From an uncultured Alphaproteobacteria bacterium (GTDB lineage Bacteria; Pseudomonadota; Alphaproteobacteria; CAAGCB01; CAG-977): a stretch of DNA of 64,000 nucleotides. Each line of letters opens with the position of its first letter. Position 1 is the first letter of the stretch. Made by a program: the position numbers and the translations under genes. The stretch spans positions 7,022-71,021 of the forward strand of contig CAKQWA010000005.1 in assembly GCA_934277945.1 (NCBI GenBank), read 5' to 3'. Of this stretch, positions 19,101 to 27,815 are shown one piece after another. The notes under the pieces were generated by a model. It did not search any database. It had not been told where the DNA came from and worked only from the letters and a program-made list of their open reading frames with translations.

Positions 19101-22100
19101 TTGATTTAATTCTTTAACTGTTATTTTTACAATAAACGCCTCTGTATTCGATTTATCGTCTTTTTTAGATAAAATAACGTTCGCATATCTCCTTATTTTA
19201 TTTTTAGAGCCGTGCTTAGAATCATTGTGTGTTTTGATAAGAAAAGCACTATCAAATATATTTGCAATGTTTGCGATACATTCTTTACCTAAAATGCCTC
19301 CTATATTTCCGCCTTTTCTGCTTCTTGCTTTTTCAAACATCTCGCCGATATTTTTGTTTGATAAAGCCGCCGTTTCACCCGTCCGGCTATTTCTTAAAAC
19401 TCGTTTTTCGTTTTCATTCTTTCCGTCTTTTCTTTCATCAATGGCGTCAATAACGTCTTTCTTAGAAATATCTCCGCTTGATTCCTTTCCAGAAAATTTT
19501 CTATTGATTACAACCGGCTCAACAATCTCATTTTCCCTGCCGCTTAATTCTGGATTGATGTCTTTCCGTTCAAAAGCCAAGCGATCCGCATCAATTTTGC
19601 TGATCTTTGCGGAAAGTTCGCCGAAACTCTTTTGATAACCCGATTGATACAGTTTTTCGTCCCGCGCCAAAGCGTCTTGTCCGGCGATGGCGTCAAAGAT
19701 TTCAAACTTCGTCTTTTGGGGGGCGGCAAACAGGGAATCCTGCAACATATCACCTTCGGTGCGCGCCAGACGGATATAATCGTCTATTTTGTTTTTGAAC
19801 GCCAAAGCCGACGGCTGCGCCTCAAACAACAGGGACAGGTATTGTACCGCCGGCGCAATGGGTTCTTCCAGCATATCCAGTTGCTTGATGTAGACGGAAA
19901 TCGGCTTTTTGGCGGCGACGGCACGCTTTAAAACGTAAACCGCGCCGTTCAAATCTCCGATGACGGAGTACGCCGCGTCAATTCTTCCGGCGGAAATGTC
20001 GTTTTCAAATGATAGAACGGCGGGGGCTGATTTGCTGATGCCGCTTGCGATTTTTCGGTTTTGATTGTAGCCGCTCGCGTCCTGCGTCAACAGCGTGTCC
20101 AGCAGTTTTTTATCGGGAACGATCATTGCCGAAAGCGCGTTTTCAATACGCTCAATGCCGTCTTTGGTGATTTGTCCGTTTTGCATTAAAGCGTTGCGTT
20201 CCGAACCGGGAATGACCGTTTCAAAAAATCCTTTGACAAAGTTTCTATTCGCCGCATCGGACAATTCCGCCGTGCCGTCAAGAGCTTCCAGCAGATTTTT
20301 CGTGATTTTTGCGCAATCTTTCAAGGCGGTTTCGGAAACGGAATATGTCATCGTTCCCGTCGTGTTCGCGTCATCAACCAGCGCGCTCAACTGTTCGTCC
20401 GACAAATCGGAAGTCAAACGGCGGACAAGTACGGGTTCTTTAAAACCGCCGATGTCAAAGCCTTCGCGCGTCAAATAATCTTTATAAATTTGCGCTTTGC
20501 CGGCATTGCGGTAGACATTCCCGATTGTCATGGCACGCCCGTTGCCCGCCAAAACATACCCGTCGCGCGTCAAAACGGGCGCGCCCTCGGTCGCCGTCGG
20601 GGAACGTCCGACGCGTTCGGGTGTAAAATTCGCCGTCATGTTTTGAATTTGCTCGCGGCTCGCCACGTCGGAACGGTCGCGCGGTTGCAGATACGCGGGA
20701 AAATCGGCGTTGACCGCGCCGTCTGGCGAATTGCTCGCCTTGACATCGGACAGTTCCGCGATTTCATAGGAAACGCCGATGCGTCCGCCGCCGACTACGA
20801 TATAATCGCCGCCGTCTTGCTGAATATCCGCCAAAGCCTTTTCGTTTGCGCTTCGCCGCCCGTCGCTTTTCTGGGTGCGTTCCGCCGCTTTTGCGGGGAC
20901 GTTCGCCGTATTGTCGGCTTTCGCATCTCCCTCCGTCAGCACTTCAAGGAAATCTTCGGGCGTCGCTTTCTCCAAATTCAAGCGTTTGTTCGTGATGGCT
21001 TGCGCCGTTTTCGCCAACGCCTGCGGGTTGTCCGCCAACGATTTGATGTTTTCTTTCAGCACGCGCGCCAACGCGTTCACGTCTTTGTTCGCGTATTTTT
21101 GGATTTCCGAAATCAACCCGTCCGCCGCGTTCGCTCGGGCTTCTTCAACCACGCGCCGCGCCAAATCGCGCATTGTCGCATTTTCACCGACGGCACCCGT
21201 CCAGTCCGTCGATACAGTCAGGTTCATACGCCGTAAAACTTCGCTGACAGGCAGTTTTGTTTCCTGCGAAAACCGAACGGCGGACGCGGCGTACAGTTCC
21301 GCTTGATACCGTTTTTGTTCGGCGGGGACGTTCTGCGCGCCGGCGACGGCGTTTTCAAAAACACGCAAAGCCGTTTCAAAATCCGTATTTCGCTGTTCTT
21401 TCAGTTTTGCGGCGGTTTCGACGATTTCTTTGTTGCGGTTAATGATTGCCCGCGCTTCATTCGCGCTCATTGCGCCGTCGGACAACCTGATGCGCCCGTT
21501 GATTTCTTTGAACACGTCAATATAAGGAGCAATGCGGCTCAACAGTTTGTCTTCGGAAATGTTGACCGTTCCGCCCGTTTCTTTGGCTCGTTCTATTTTT
21601 TCCTTCAAATCGCCCAGCACGCCGTTTTGTTCCAGCGCGGCGCGGTTGTTTGCCACCGCTTCGGATTGCAGGAACGCTTCCGCGTCTTCTACCGTCAGGA
21701 CGTTCTGCTCCAATGCCGTTCCTTTTGTCGCCTGATACAAAAAACCGTCATATTTCGCGGGCTTTTCTTTTATGTCTGGCAGTCCTGCCGCTTTTTCGGC
21801 AACGACGGATCGGGCGTTTTCGGCATAAAGCGCGCCGACCATGTCGTCGCTTTTCGCCAGCCGCGCCAAAGCGTTGTTTCGGACGCGTTCGCGATTGCGG
21901 ACACCTGCGCCGACAGCCGCTCCGCCGACACCCAGCAATATCGCGCCTTTTGCGCCGCCCGCCGCGGCTTGCTTCACGTTGTCCCAAATCTCCGACGGCG
22001 TTTCAAGGTCGAAATACCCGACGCCTTTTTCTTCCGCCTTTCTTTTATATCGGTTTCCGATAAAACTTTGCGCCGCTTGTTGCAGGGCTTCTTCCGTTCC

Positions 22101-23255
22101 TTCGGACGCGATTTCGACCAGAAAATCGACTCCCAGTTCTTTCGCCAATGTTTTGACGGTTTTTTCTTTCAGCGCATTTGTGATTTTATTTTTCAAGAGG
22201 GCTTTTTTGGCGACGGTTGTCACACCCGTCAATTTCAGCATTGCCGTAGACGCCAGACTTTCAATGCCGGCGGAAACAAAACCGTACAAATAGGACGCGA
22301 AACGAATGTCGTCTTCGGGGATTTCGTTTCCTTTCGCATCTTTGACGGTTGCAAGTTCGACGAACATAGACCCAGTTTCGTTTTTGAACGAACGCCGGAA
22401 ACCTTCCAGCATACCCGCGCCGACGGCGACGGGGGCGACAGCCGCGCCCGTTCCGGCGGAAAAGTACGTCGCCGCGCTTCCGATTACCGCGCCCGCCGTT
22501 TGCGGCGCCATGACTTTCAGGGAATACCACGCACTTTCCAAACCTGTCGTCAAAATGCTTTCGGCAAAATTGTCGTCAGGCGGGATTATCGTGTCCGCCG
22601 CGGCTTTGAACATCGCCGCGCGTTTGCGTTTTTCTTCAAAGGGAATATCTCCGTTGCGCATTAAATCAAAAGCGGCTTCGTTCGTTTCATACGTTTCCCG
22701 TCCGCGTCTGAACGACGTCGCGGCTTTGTTCGCAATGCGCCCGATTGCGTTCGCGGGCATATCAGCCTGTCCGTAATAGTGCAAGTTGTAATTCAGATTA
22801 TACAAATCCTTTGCGCTCATTGACGGAACGGACTTGATCAGATTGTCGCGTTCGGTCGTGTCCATTTTCTGCAAGGCGGAATTGTTTTGAAAGAAATAGG
22901 CTTCCTGTTTTTTTTGTTCCGCGGCTTCATAAACGTCGTAATTCGCGTGAATTTGGTCAATGACGCGCCCGTCGGTAATTCCCATGCGGGACGCCAAAGC
23001 GACGGCGTCATCGCGTTTGGCGGGGTCAAGCCCCAGCGCACCGGATTTTCGGAAGGACAGACCGATGGCGTCTTTCGCCGCTTGCGTCCGTTCTGCGACA
23101 ACGGCGTTTGCGGCGCGTTCCGCCATGGCTTGCGTTTCGTCTTCCTGCGAAACGGCAAACGGGCGGGGCTGAGCCGCTTCTTTGGCGGCTTGCTCGATCA
23201 GGGTTTCGCGCCGCGCTTCTTCCGCATCACGAAAAATTGAAAAATTATCAGTCAT
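13101..23255 (-). CDS. giant internal virion / ejection protein with multiple effector-like domains (polyvalent protein, gp16 position)
   Basis: 3384 aa counted from MTDNFSIF (ATG 23255, overlapping the upstream stop). Contains HESGH (16965-16979); VYHGT, GFYFT and VVFEPE (18747-18761, 18664-18677, 18511-18530); LQPRDRS (20664-20690); and Gly/Ala-rich and hydrophobic segments at both ends. Confidence 0.8.
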   Translation of the reverse strand: MTDNFSIFRDAEEARRETLIEQAAKEAAQPRPFAVSQEDETQAMAERAANAVVAERTQAAKDAIGLSFRKSGALGLDPAKRDDAVALASRMGITDGRVIDQIHANYDVYEAAEQKKQEAYFFQNNSALQKMDTTERDNLIKSVPSMSAKDLYNLNYNLHYYGQADMPANAIGRIANKAATSFRRGRETYETNEAAFDLMRNGDIPFEEKRKRAAMFKAAADTIIPPDDNFAESILTTGLESAWYSLKVMAPQTAGAVIGSAATYFSAGTGAAVAPVAVGAGMLEGFRRSFKNETGSMFVELATVKDAKGNEIPEDDIRFASYLYGFVSAGIESLASTAMLKLTGVTTVAKKALLKNKITNALKEKTVKTLAKELGVDFLVEIASEGTEEALQQAAQSFIGNRYKRKAEEKGVGYFDLETPSEIWDNVKQAAAGGAKGAILLGVGGAAVGAGVRNRERVRNNALARLAKSDDMVGALYAENARSVVAEKAAGLPDIKEKPAKYDGFLYQATKGTALEQNVLTVEDAEAFLQSEAVANNRAALEQNGVLGDLKEKIERAKETGGTVNISEDKLLSRIAPYIDVFKEINGRIRLSDGAMSANEARAIINRNKEIVETAAKLKEQRNTDFETALRVFENAVAGAQNVPAEQKRYQAELYAASAVRFSQETKLPVSEVLRRMNLTVSTDWTGAVGENATMRDLARRVVEEARANAADGLISEIQKYANKDVNALARVLKENIKSLADNPQALAKTAQAITNKRLNLEKATPEDFLEVLTEGDAKADNTANVPAKAAERTQKSDGRRSANEKALADIQQDGGDYIVVGGGRIGVSYEIAELSDVKASNSPDGAVNADFPAYLQPRDRSDVASREQIQNMTANFTPERVGRSPTATEGAPVLTRDGYVLAGNGRAMTIGNVYRNAGKAQIYKDYLTREGFDIGGFKEPVLVRRLTSDLSDEQLSALVDDANTTGTMTYSVSETALKDCAKITKNLLEALDGTAELSDAANRNFVKGFFETVIPGSERNALMQNGQITKDGIERIENALSAMIVPDKKLLDTLLTQDASGYNQNRKIASGISKSAPAVLSFENDISAGRIDAAYSVIGDLNGAVYVLKRAVAAKKPISVYIKQLDMLEEPIAPAVQYLSLLFEAQPSALAFKNKIDDYIRLARTEGDMLQDSLFAAPQKTKFEIFDAIAGQDALARDEKLYQSGYQKSFGELSAKISKIDADRLAFERKDINPELSGRENEIVEPVVINRKFSGKESSGDISKKDVIDAIDERKDGKNENEKRVLRNSRTGETAALSNKNIGEMFEKARSRKGGNIGGILGKECIANIANIFDSAFLIKTHNDSKHGSKNKIRRYANVILSKKDDKSNTEAFIVKITVKELNQGRKELTDIEIEKNGGKDLAAYALSVGKKKTAVNALGNFVMDESKTSGGSDINIGDLIDFVNTFTDDEIEINGELRKTHNSDGQRIAKTEEGLRAFYEWFGDSKVVDEQGRPLIVYHGTKKTFDAFDEEKISKNHKKLYYGKGFYFTKDYYTAQNYGKKIMPVYLKISNPSWSDLDLKEGSDGIFGTRGTYVVFEPEQIKSVENIGSFSKETQNIYYQSAYAGSRVDYDQPSIEAIGSGEGNQAHGWGLYYALNKDVAEQYRRSFVTGQIAFDDKIVQRKASSIYIDGELIDNDSAEGIAIYSKWFRTDKEAAEYLGSLRKTNVKRLIEAKKNGDKNDVADFERVVARLVEAAEIIKSGRITDARDTAGQVHEVDIPENPYLLDEQKPFSKQSAFVKKALRKLFRDMGKDLTEEMKIAYVNGNPTGAALYSDIMSSLDGTQKAASELLAKYGVKGITYEGLADGRCFVIFNDKDVKVIQKFYQTGIKEIDDSKIYAALPENLKNAVDFVFTEKPVKELTGAEFQKDDVPLTDKVTEFFAKEYGGFVNRDGIGKVLMDKRAVKDSVAHGMGRLKAAAFAAVPEVIKNGVVALEERNFEQSGFDRTVIAAPVTINGEKYVCEAVLQKSKNRTGFYLHEVGLSEKLADVFKTAINGTPTSSKLIIAKEIAKFNPSADYFQTVGEQYAPRGMYDPARNAITLFSGADFSTLIHESGHYWLTMLRYFAGLDSASAALKSDAATVEAWLSSQAHKQYDIRNQNDGTIALVLKNGTVEADGLTTAAHAEEVAKQECFARAMEKYFMTAQKPPVARLGRIFQAFKRWLKSVYKNADELNVDISDEVRTVFSRLFATDAEIEQFARESVFTSALDDYAEIGEGDKNALMDMFRDVFADSSDDYAKAKAAVLYEENEKERARREREVRRRLLIQMQSDKRFLAVSALVYGKIGDADIQIALNNDARAEIFGDGANAPRRKNGTPLFTADGLSLSEFAQAVGIDEQTAKSAVAHIPEFVKRFEETVSAEVDRTAGKQKSVAELENEARDAMVTDKTLGFLLLELSVLQNKATGGRDTKADMMMLMKEYSEGKPIEELRGKLAAKFNETSLSEVLRFDATEQIGKMIVGRLNPESFFKDAQRAGEAVLRRVAMGKNDEAVKAKIEQIKNFYLYKEARDVQKRYESTEKRLRQIGNQLTNNDVEQSHQDAARALLIRYGLARASGKAEQERVIRFLAGKARETAIIEDEHNIGLADWIRDANARGEEIPLPESLLLNIYGAKYSALSVSDFFTLADTVKSIVHNGREVKALEIEGKRIERDAAIGEMVAEVGKQRLIKKNPHPQNKKLSYEAGRLLRSLDGSLTTMNGLCDRLDNGNTNGAFHTYLNRPLSQAEHVENELRERYILKFGDLVKNKLPKESRKAFRKEVAGSGAVFNRLNDFTREELICIGLNMGAVENLDRLKSQTCNNFTNEMLDYVKDTLTTEEWDFIQSVWDLLDGMFPMLAEHHKNMSGLDVEKVVAAPFTAHGKEYKGGYYPLAYASDSVSKSKKQESVTNALLEAGAARPFTNKGYTKSRMESVNKKGGLKFDFTVIANHLATTIHDVAYRRTLRDLWATFNDPRMIEAFTDNMGEEYHAVILELLRGLGNKAYREAKDIDGWERLFRFTRQQTTMIGLCYRISTILTQPVGFLNGVAKMQEEHIKMHGTKTGAYWAAVGAKKVLDKTERERAFAMSAELRARQGSIDFSTGMRLKELRGENGMLAEAEAVGYKAMGMLDYWTATALWIGAYHQALDMKMSGDDAVYFADKVMTTSQGAGNYKDAAPIQRKGEAYKALTTFYSFFSGLYQMSFAFAHDAADAVRTRDKALLMNVLARFLTMYAISTVLNSIIGCDLPDEDESWLHWLLMRIWGYQLSTVPVARDLFSGYSSKGASPTMRLLDNVKNGIAGALDSDKDAGKRTKAVLKAFSSVVPHLPVGGQFGDSIGYLVDKGMGNIGSQSWLEVLYGLYKGREFKQ

Positions 23256-25029
23256 AATATACTTCCTTTGTGCCGTCGTGGTGAACGATGATGTTTTTAC
23301 GTCTGAAATTCGTGTTTGCCGATCTGCTTTCTTCGTCCAGCCGCTTCTGATTGATTTCGTCCGCCATTTTTTTGAATAAATCGACCATGTCGTCTTTACT
23401 TTCCAGCAAGGCGACGCCCGCGTATCTTTCGACAAAGCGTTTGCGGTCTTTTGCGCTTAAACGTTTGAAGCCGCCGAACGTCATACTGTCCAGCATCGAC
23501 GAATAGCGTTCGCGTCTGTCGGCGGGAATCGTGTCGTAATCGACCTTGATGTCGTCGGTTTTTCCCTGCACGAACGCTGCTTGCGGGATAAACGTGTCGT
23601 CGCCGTACCAATGCGCCTCTTTGACGTGTTCGTCCGTGATTTTGTTTAAAATGTCCATGCGCTCGTCGTTGGTCAAAAACTGTTTTTTGGTTGTCATCAT
23701 GGTTTGCGTCGCCATTGATCGGAACAGCGTCAACGCTTTCAATTTCTGCCGCGCCTGTTCGTCGGGTTTGGCTTTTTTGTCGACCAGCGCCCCGTACAGA
23801 ACTTCTTTGTACTCGGCGGGAAGGTTGTACGCGCTGTCTTTGATTTCCCCCGTTCGTTGCGATTTGACGACGTAACGTCCGTCTTTTCCGATTTCGACGC
23901 TGTCTTTGTACGCGACTGCGATGCTGTCCTGCATGGCTTTCAGATATGCCAACTGTTCGTCGTCCAACTCTCCCAAATGTTCGTACAACTCAACGTTTAA
24001 AAACGCCGTCGGATCGGTGAAAGCCATATCGTTCAGTTCGACCGCGACTTGCGGATTTGTCGCAATCATCGTGCCGGCGTTCAAATGCTTGATACGCTCG
24101 GCGATGCCCGCCTGTATGCGTTCGTTGCCGACGGACGCGATAAACTCTTCGCTGGGGACGTTCCCGTTTGCGATATTGCCCAAAGCCGTTTCGACCAAGG
24201 CGTGCTGTGCGGCTTTTTCGTTTGCCGCCGCCCGTCTGTCGTAATTGATTTTTTCGCGGGCGAACAACGCCTTGTAGCCGTCCAATGCCGTCTGGTCGAT
24301 TTTTTCGCCTTCAAATTCTCCGGTTGCCAGAATTTGTCCCGCCGCGTCCAAATTCGTGTAAATCAAATGCTTTATGCCGTTGTCGCGACACGCCGCCTTG
24401 AATTTTTCGCGGTAAATCGCTGCGTCCTGCGCGGTGATGGCTTTGTCGTCAAGGGCTTTTTGTATCATTTCTTCGCTTTGCCGCGTGATTTCCTCGCGCA
24501 CCTTTCGGGCGGAAGAGGGAAAGGCGGACGCGTTGTTCGCCAATGTCCTTTCAATGCCTTTGCGCGTTTCGCCGCTTGTCCAGCGCGCTTTTGAAAGGTT
24601 GTATTCCAAAACGGCTTCGCGGTTGATTTGTTCGGCGCGCTTTGACAAACGCGCCTTGCGGTCGTCGTCCATGTTTTTGGCATACGCGTCCCACAGGTTC
24701 GCCGTTGTTTCCGTGAAATCCGATCCGTTTTTGACGCTGCGCCCGTCGCGGAGTTTGTAACTGCCTTTTTCGGCGTAGTCGTTTGACAGTTCACGGGCTT
24801 GCAAAGCCTCTCTGACTTCCAGTCTGTAATCGCTTTCCGCCGCTGCGTCGTCAACTTGCCGCTGTTTTTCCTGCGCACGCACCACAATGCCCGTGACGTC
24901 TTTGATGGCGGCAAGGGTTTGCTGCGCCAGATTGTTCAACGGATCGTCGAACCGCGCCGTCTGCACGCCGCCTTTCATCGCGGGATTTGCGCTTGTTCTG
25001 CCCGTATATGGCTTAAAACTTCCGGTCAT
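23248..25029 (-). CDS. internal virion protein (gp15 position)
   Basis: 593 aa, charged and helical, between the gp14-like and giant genes. Assigned by gene order only. Confidence 0.45.
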   Translation of the reverse strand: MTGSFKPYTGRTSANPAMKGGVQTARFDDPLNNLAQQTLAAIKDVTGIVVRAQEKQRQVDDAAAESDYRLEVREALQARELSNDYAEKGSYKLRDGRSVKNGSDFTETTANLWDAYAKNMDDDRKARLSKRAEQINREAVLEYNLSKARWTSGETRKGIERTLANNASAFPSSARKVREEITRQSEEMIQKALDDKAITAQDAAIYREKFKAACRDNGIKHLIYTNLDAAGQILATGEFEGEKIDQTALDGYKALFAREKINYDRRAAANEKAAQHALVETALGNIANGNVPSEEFIASVGNERIQAGIAERIKHLNAGTMIATNPQVAVELNDMAFTDPTAFLNVELYEHLGELDDEQLAYLKAMQDSIAVAYKDSVEIGKDGRYVVKSQRTGEIKDSAYNLPAEYKEVLYGALVDKKAKPDEQARQKLKALTLFRSMATQTMMTTKKQFLTNDERMDILNKITDEHVKEAHWYGDDTFIPQAAFVQGKTDDIKVDYDTIPADRRERYSSMLDSMTFGGFKRLSAKDRKRFVERYAGVALLESKDDMVDLFKKMADEINQKRLDEESRSANTNFRRKNIIVHHDGTKEVYYD

Positions 25030-25033
25030 TTTA

Positions 25034-25525
25034 CTACTCCATTTTTCCGCCGCTCATGTAATAGCCCTGCGTTCCGCCGCTCAAACCGCCGACCAAAGCG
25101 TTCGCCCAGCGGTATTTGCGCGTGTATTTTGCCATTTTGCCGTAGTAATCCGCCATTGCGACGGCGTTGTCCGCCTGCGCTTTCTTGGCAATGTACGACG
25201 TGTGTCCGTTCCAGCGTTCCAGCAAAATATCGGCTTCCATCTGGGTTTCGGTTTTTTCCTGCACTTCGTCCAGCGTGCCGCCTTCCAGCCCGCCTTGCTT
25301 TATTCCCGCTTTCATCAGCGACAGTTCCATTTTGCTTTGGCGGCGCAAAGTGTCCTCATTGATGCTGTTCGCCAGACTGATATTCGCCGCGTCTTCGTAC
25401 AGGTTCGCCGCGTCTTTGCGCGACATGGTCGCCTGATATTTGTAGTTTTTGATTTGGGACTTAGAGTTCATCAGCGAACTCGCCATGTTCGCCCCGCCCA
25501 TAATCAGCATTGCCGCTACTGCCAT
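25034..25525 (-). CDS. internal virion protein (gp14 position)
   Basis: 163 aa. Hydrophobic N-terminus MAVAAMLIMGGANMA and Gly-rich C-terminus. Assigned by gene order. Confidence 0.45.
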   Translation of the reverse strand: MAVAAMLIMGGANMASSLMNSKSQIKNYKYQATMSRKDAANLYEDAANISLANSINEDTLRRQSKMELSLMKAGIKQGGLEGGTLDEVQEKTETQMEADILLERWNGHTSYIAKKAQADNAVAMADYYGKMAKYTRKYRWANALVGGLSGGTQGYYMSGGKME

Positions 25526-25526
25526 T

Positions 25527-27815
25527 TTATCCTCCTGTCGAATAGTCGTAGATGATCGCTTGCAAACAGAACGGAAAAGGATACGGCTGCGTAATCACCA
25601 AATCGGCGTCGCGGTCGTACGTTCCGTCGAAAGCCTGTTCTTCAATCGTGCCGGAAAACAGCGGAACGGGATTGTCGATATTGTCCCCGCCGCCGCGTTC
25701 AACGATTTGCGCCTGCGTGCCGTTGCCGTCGGAAGCCAAACCGCCGACGGAATTGTGAACCATAAAGGAAATTCTTGTTATTCGCTTGATGTTGACGATG
25801 ACGTTTCCGCGTTCGTTCGATTCCGAAATGCCTGTCGGGATTAAAACCCCTTTGTACGGCAAACCGACAATCGCCGTCGTGCAGGACAGTTCCAAATCAA
25901 CACCCCAATCCCCGTCTGCGTCCTTTTGAACAGTTTTGGCGATTTCTTTGCCGCCGTCCGTTACGACGCAAACCTCGCGTCCCGCCAGATGTTCCAGCCC
26001 GCCGACACGGTTGAACGCCGCGTCCGACGATTTGATGACGGCGGAATCGGCGTAAATCATGCGTTTCTGATCGTCAAGGAACACTTGACGGCGGTAATCG
26101 TTGTATTCGCGCGCCGTTTCAAAATCCGCCAGAGTCTTGGAAAAATACCGCTGAAACGGGTTTTGCAGGACTTCAATGCAGCGGTTTTCGACAAACGCCC
26201 CGTCAATAACGGCGCGGCGGCGGACAATCGCGTAAACCGTGTTGCCTTCGGCGGCGATGCTTTCGACAAAACCGTCCGTTTTAAACTGCGCCCATGACAG
26301 CCCGTCTTGTTCGGGATTGAACAGAAGAAGGCTGATTTGCCCGTCCTCGCGCAAACAGTAAATCAAATCGAACGGCTCTTTCTGCCGTACCAGTTTGACG
26401 ACGCCGGACTGATTGATGTGCTGCGCGTATTCGCACAGCGTTATCGACTTGTATTTGTTAGTGTCGTAATTGTAGGTCAAACACCGCACGTCTTTTCCGC
26501 TTGCCGACACAAAGACGACCTGCTGTCCGATTTTGACGGGCGGAACGTTGCGGACGGCGACGACTTCGTGTTCTTCTGAACGGCTGTTGTAAATGGAAAA
26601 CGACTGCGATGTGTCCGCCTCTCCGACGGCGCACACATTTGACGTTGTGCCGACGACCAGATTTCCGGCGGACACAATCCATTGCACATTGCCCAATGTC
26701 GTGCCCGCCGCCACGTCGAACGCAAAACCGCATTCGTAGGTGATTGCCGCCTTGTCGTATTCCGAAAAATCCTCAAAATCTTTTTGCCACGAAAACCAGC
26801 CCCGCCGTTTTCTCATCAGCGTCAGCCGTTCGCGGTGAAAACAGCCGTCGGACGGATAACCGTATTCCGCACACCATGATCCGAACTTCCATTTCCAGCT
26901 CGATTTATCCTTGACGACGTGAACGGGCATTTTTACCAAAACATTCGCCGTCGCCGATTTCCCGTCTGCCGCGACTGCCGTGATTTTGCAAATGCCGTAG
27001 CCCGAATCTTCATACTGCCAATCCACTTTGCCGTCGGTTGATTTGCCTTCGGTGTGCGTAGGCTTTGACGCGCCCGTGATTAAATCCGAACCGGAGGATG
27101 CGCAAACATAGGTATTGTCCGCCGATATAATCCGCTGTCCCGCCGTTACCTTCGCGCCTTCGCTCCATGAGTAAATGCCGTCGGTGTTGGTGCGTCTGAT
27201 AAAAAACAGCGCGCCGATATGTCCCTGCTTGAAAATCGAAGCGGAAGCCGTCAGCGTGACAACGCCTTCCTGCGCAGAGCAGGACACGGTTTTCTTTTCG
27301 TCTTTGTTCAAATCTTCAAAACCGCCGAATTCCGCATAATCGACGGTTTTTAACGTGAACGTGTGGTTTGCCGCGTCCGTGCGTTCCAACACATGGGGCG
27401 GATATTTCGCGTTGAACAGATACATCACGTTGCCGCTTTGCGCTTTTCTCAATAAAAACACGCCGTTTTCGTCCGCCAAATCCGCTATGCCGTACGGCGT
27501 TTCCAGTTCATAAACCGCGCCATTTTTCATGACGGGTTCTCCGTTGCGGTAAAAACGGACGTATTTGTCGCCCCATTCCAGTATGTACGCGTCTTGTTCC
27601 GTATAGGTGAAATCGTCCAAATACGACTTCTTTGCACGGTCTTTTGTTTTCGCCAGATACTTGAAGCCGCCGCGAAAATACGCCGTTCCCTGAATGGTAA
27701 CGATGAAATTCATAATGGTTTTATAGCCGTTTGCCACTTTCGGCACGTCGAAACGCCCGTACAAATCGGGCGAAACTTCGCCGCCGTTGGCAACGGTCAA
27801 ACAACGTCTGTCCAT
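25527..27815 (-). CDS. tail tubular protein B-like (nozzle)
   Basis: 762 aa, directly after the gp11-like gene. Size and position match T7 gp12. No search was done. Confidence 0.6.
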   Translation of the reverse strand: MDRRCLTVANGGEVSPDLYGRFDVPKVANGYKTIMNFIVTIQGTAYFRGGFKYLAKTKDRAKKSYLDDFTYTEQDAYILEWGDKYVRFYRNGEPVMKNGAVYELETPYGIADLADENGVFLLRKAQSGNVMYLFNAKYPPHVLERTDAANHTFTLKTVDYAEFGGFEDLNKDEKKTVSCSAQEGVVTLTASASIFKQGHIGALFFIRRTNTDGIYSWSEGAKVTAGQRIISADNTYVCASSGSDLITGASKPTHTEGKSTDGKVDWQYEDSGYGICKITAVAADGKSATANVLVKMPVHVVKDKSSWKWKFGSWCAEYGYPSDGCFHRERLTLMRKRRGWFSWQKDFEDFSEYDKAAITYECGFAFDVAAGTTLGNVQWIVSAGNLVVGTTSNVCAVGEADTSQSFSIYNSRSEEHEVVAVRNVPPVKIGQQVVFVSASGKDVRCLTYNYDTNKYKSITLCEYAQHINQSGVVKLVRQKEPFDLIYCLREDGQISLLLFNPEQDGLSWAQFKTDGFVESIAAEGNTVYAIVRRRAVIDGAFVENRCIEVLQNPFQRYFSKTLADFETAREYNDYRRQVFLDDQKRMIYADSAVIKSSDAAFNRVGGLEHLAGREVCVVTDGGKEIAKTVQKDADGDWGVDLELSCTTAIVGLPYKGVLIPTGISESNERGNVIVNIKRITRISFMVHNSVGGLASDGNGTQAQIVERGGGDNIDNPVPLFSGTIEEQAFDGTYDRDADLVITQPYPFPFCLQAIIYDYSTGG

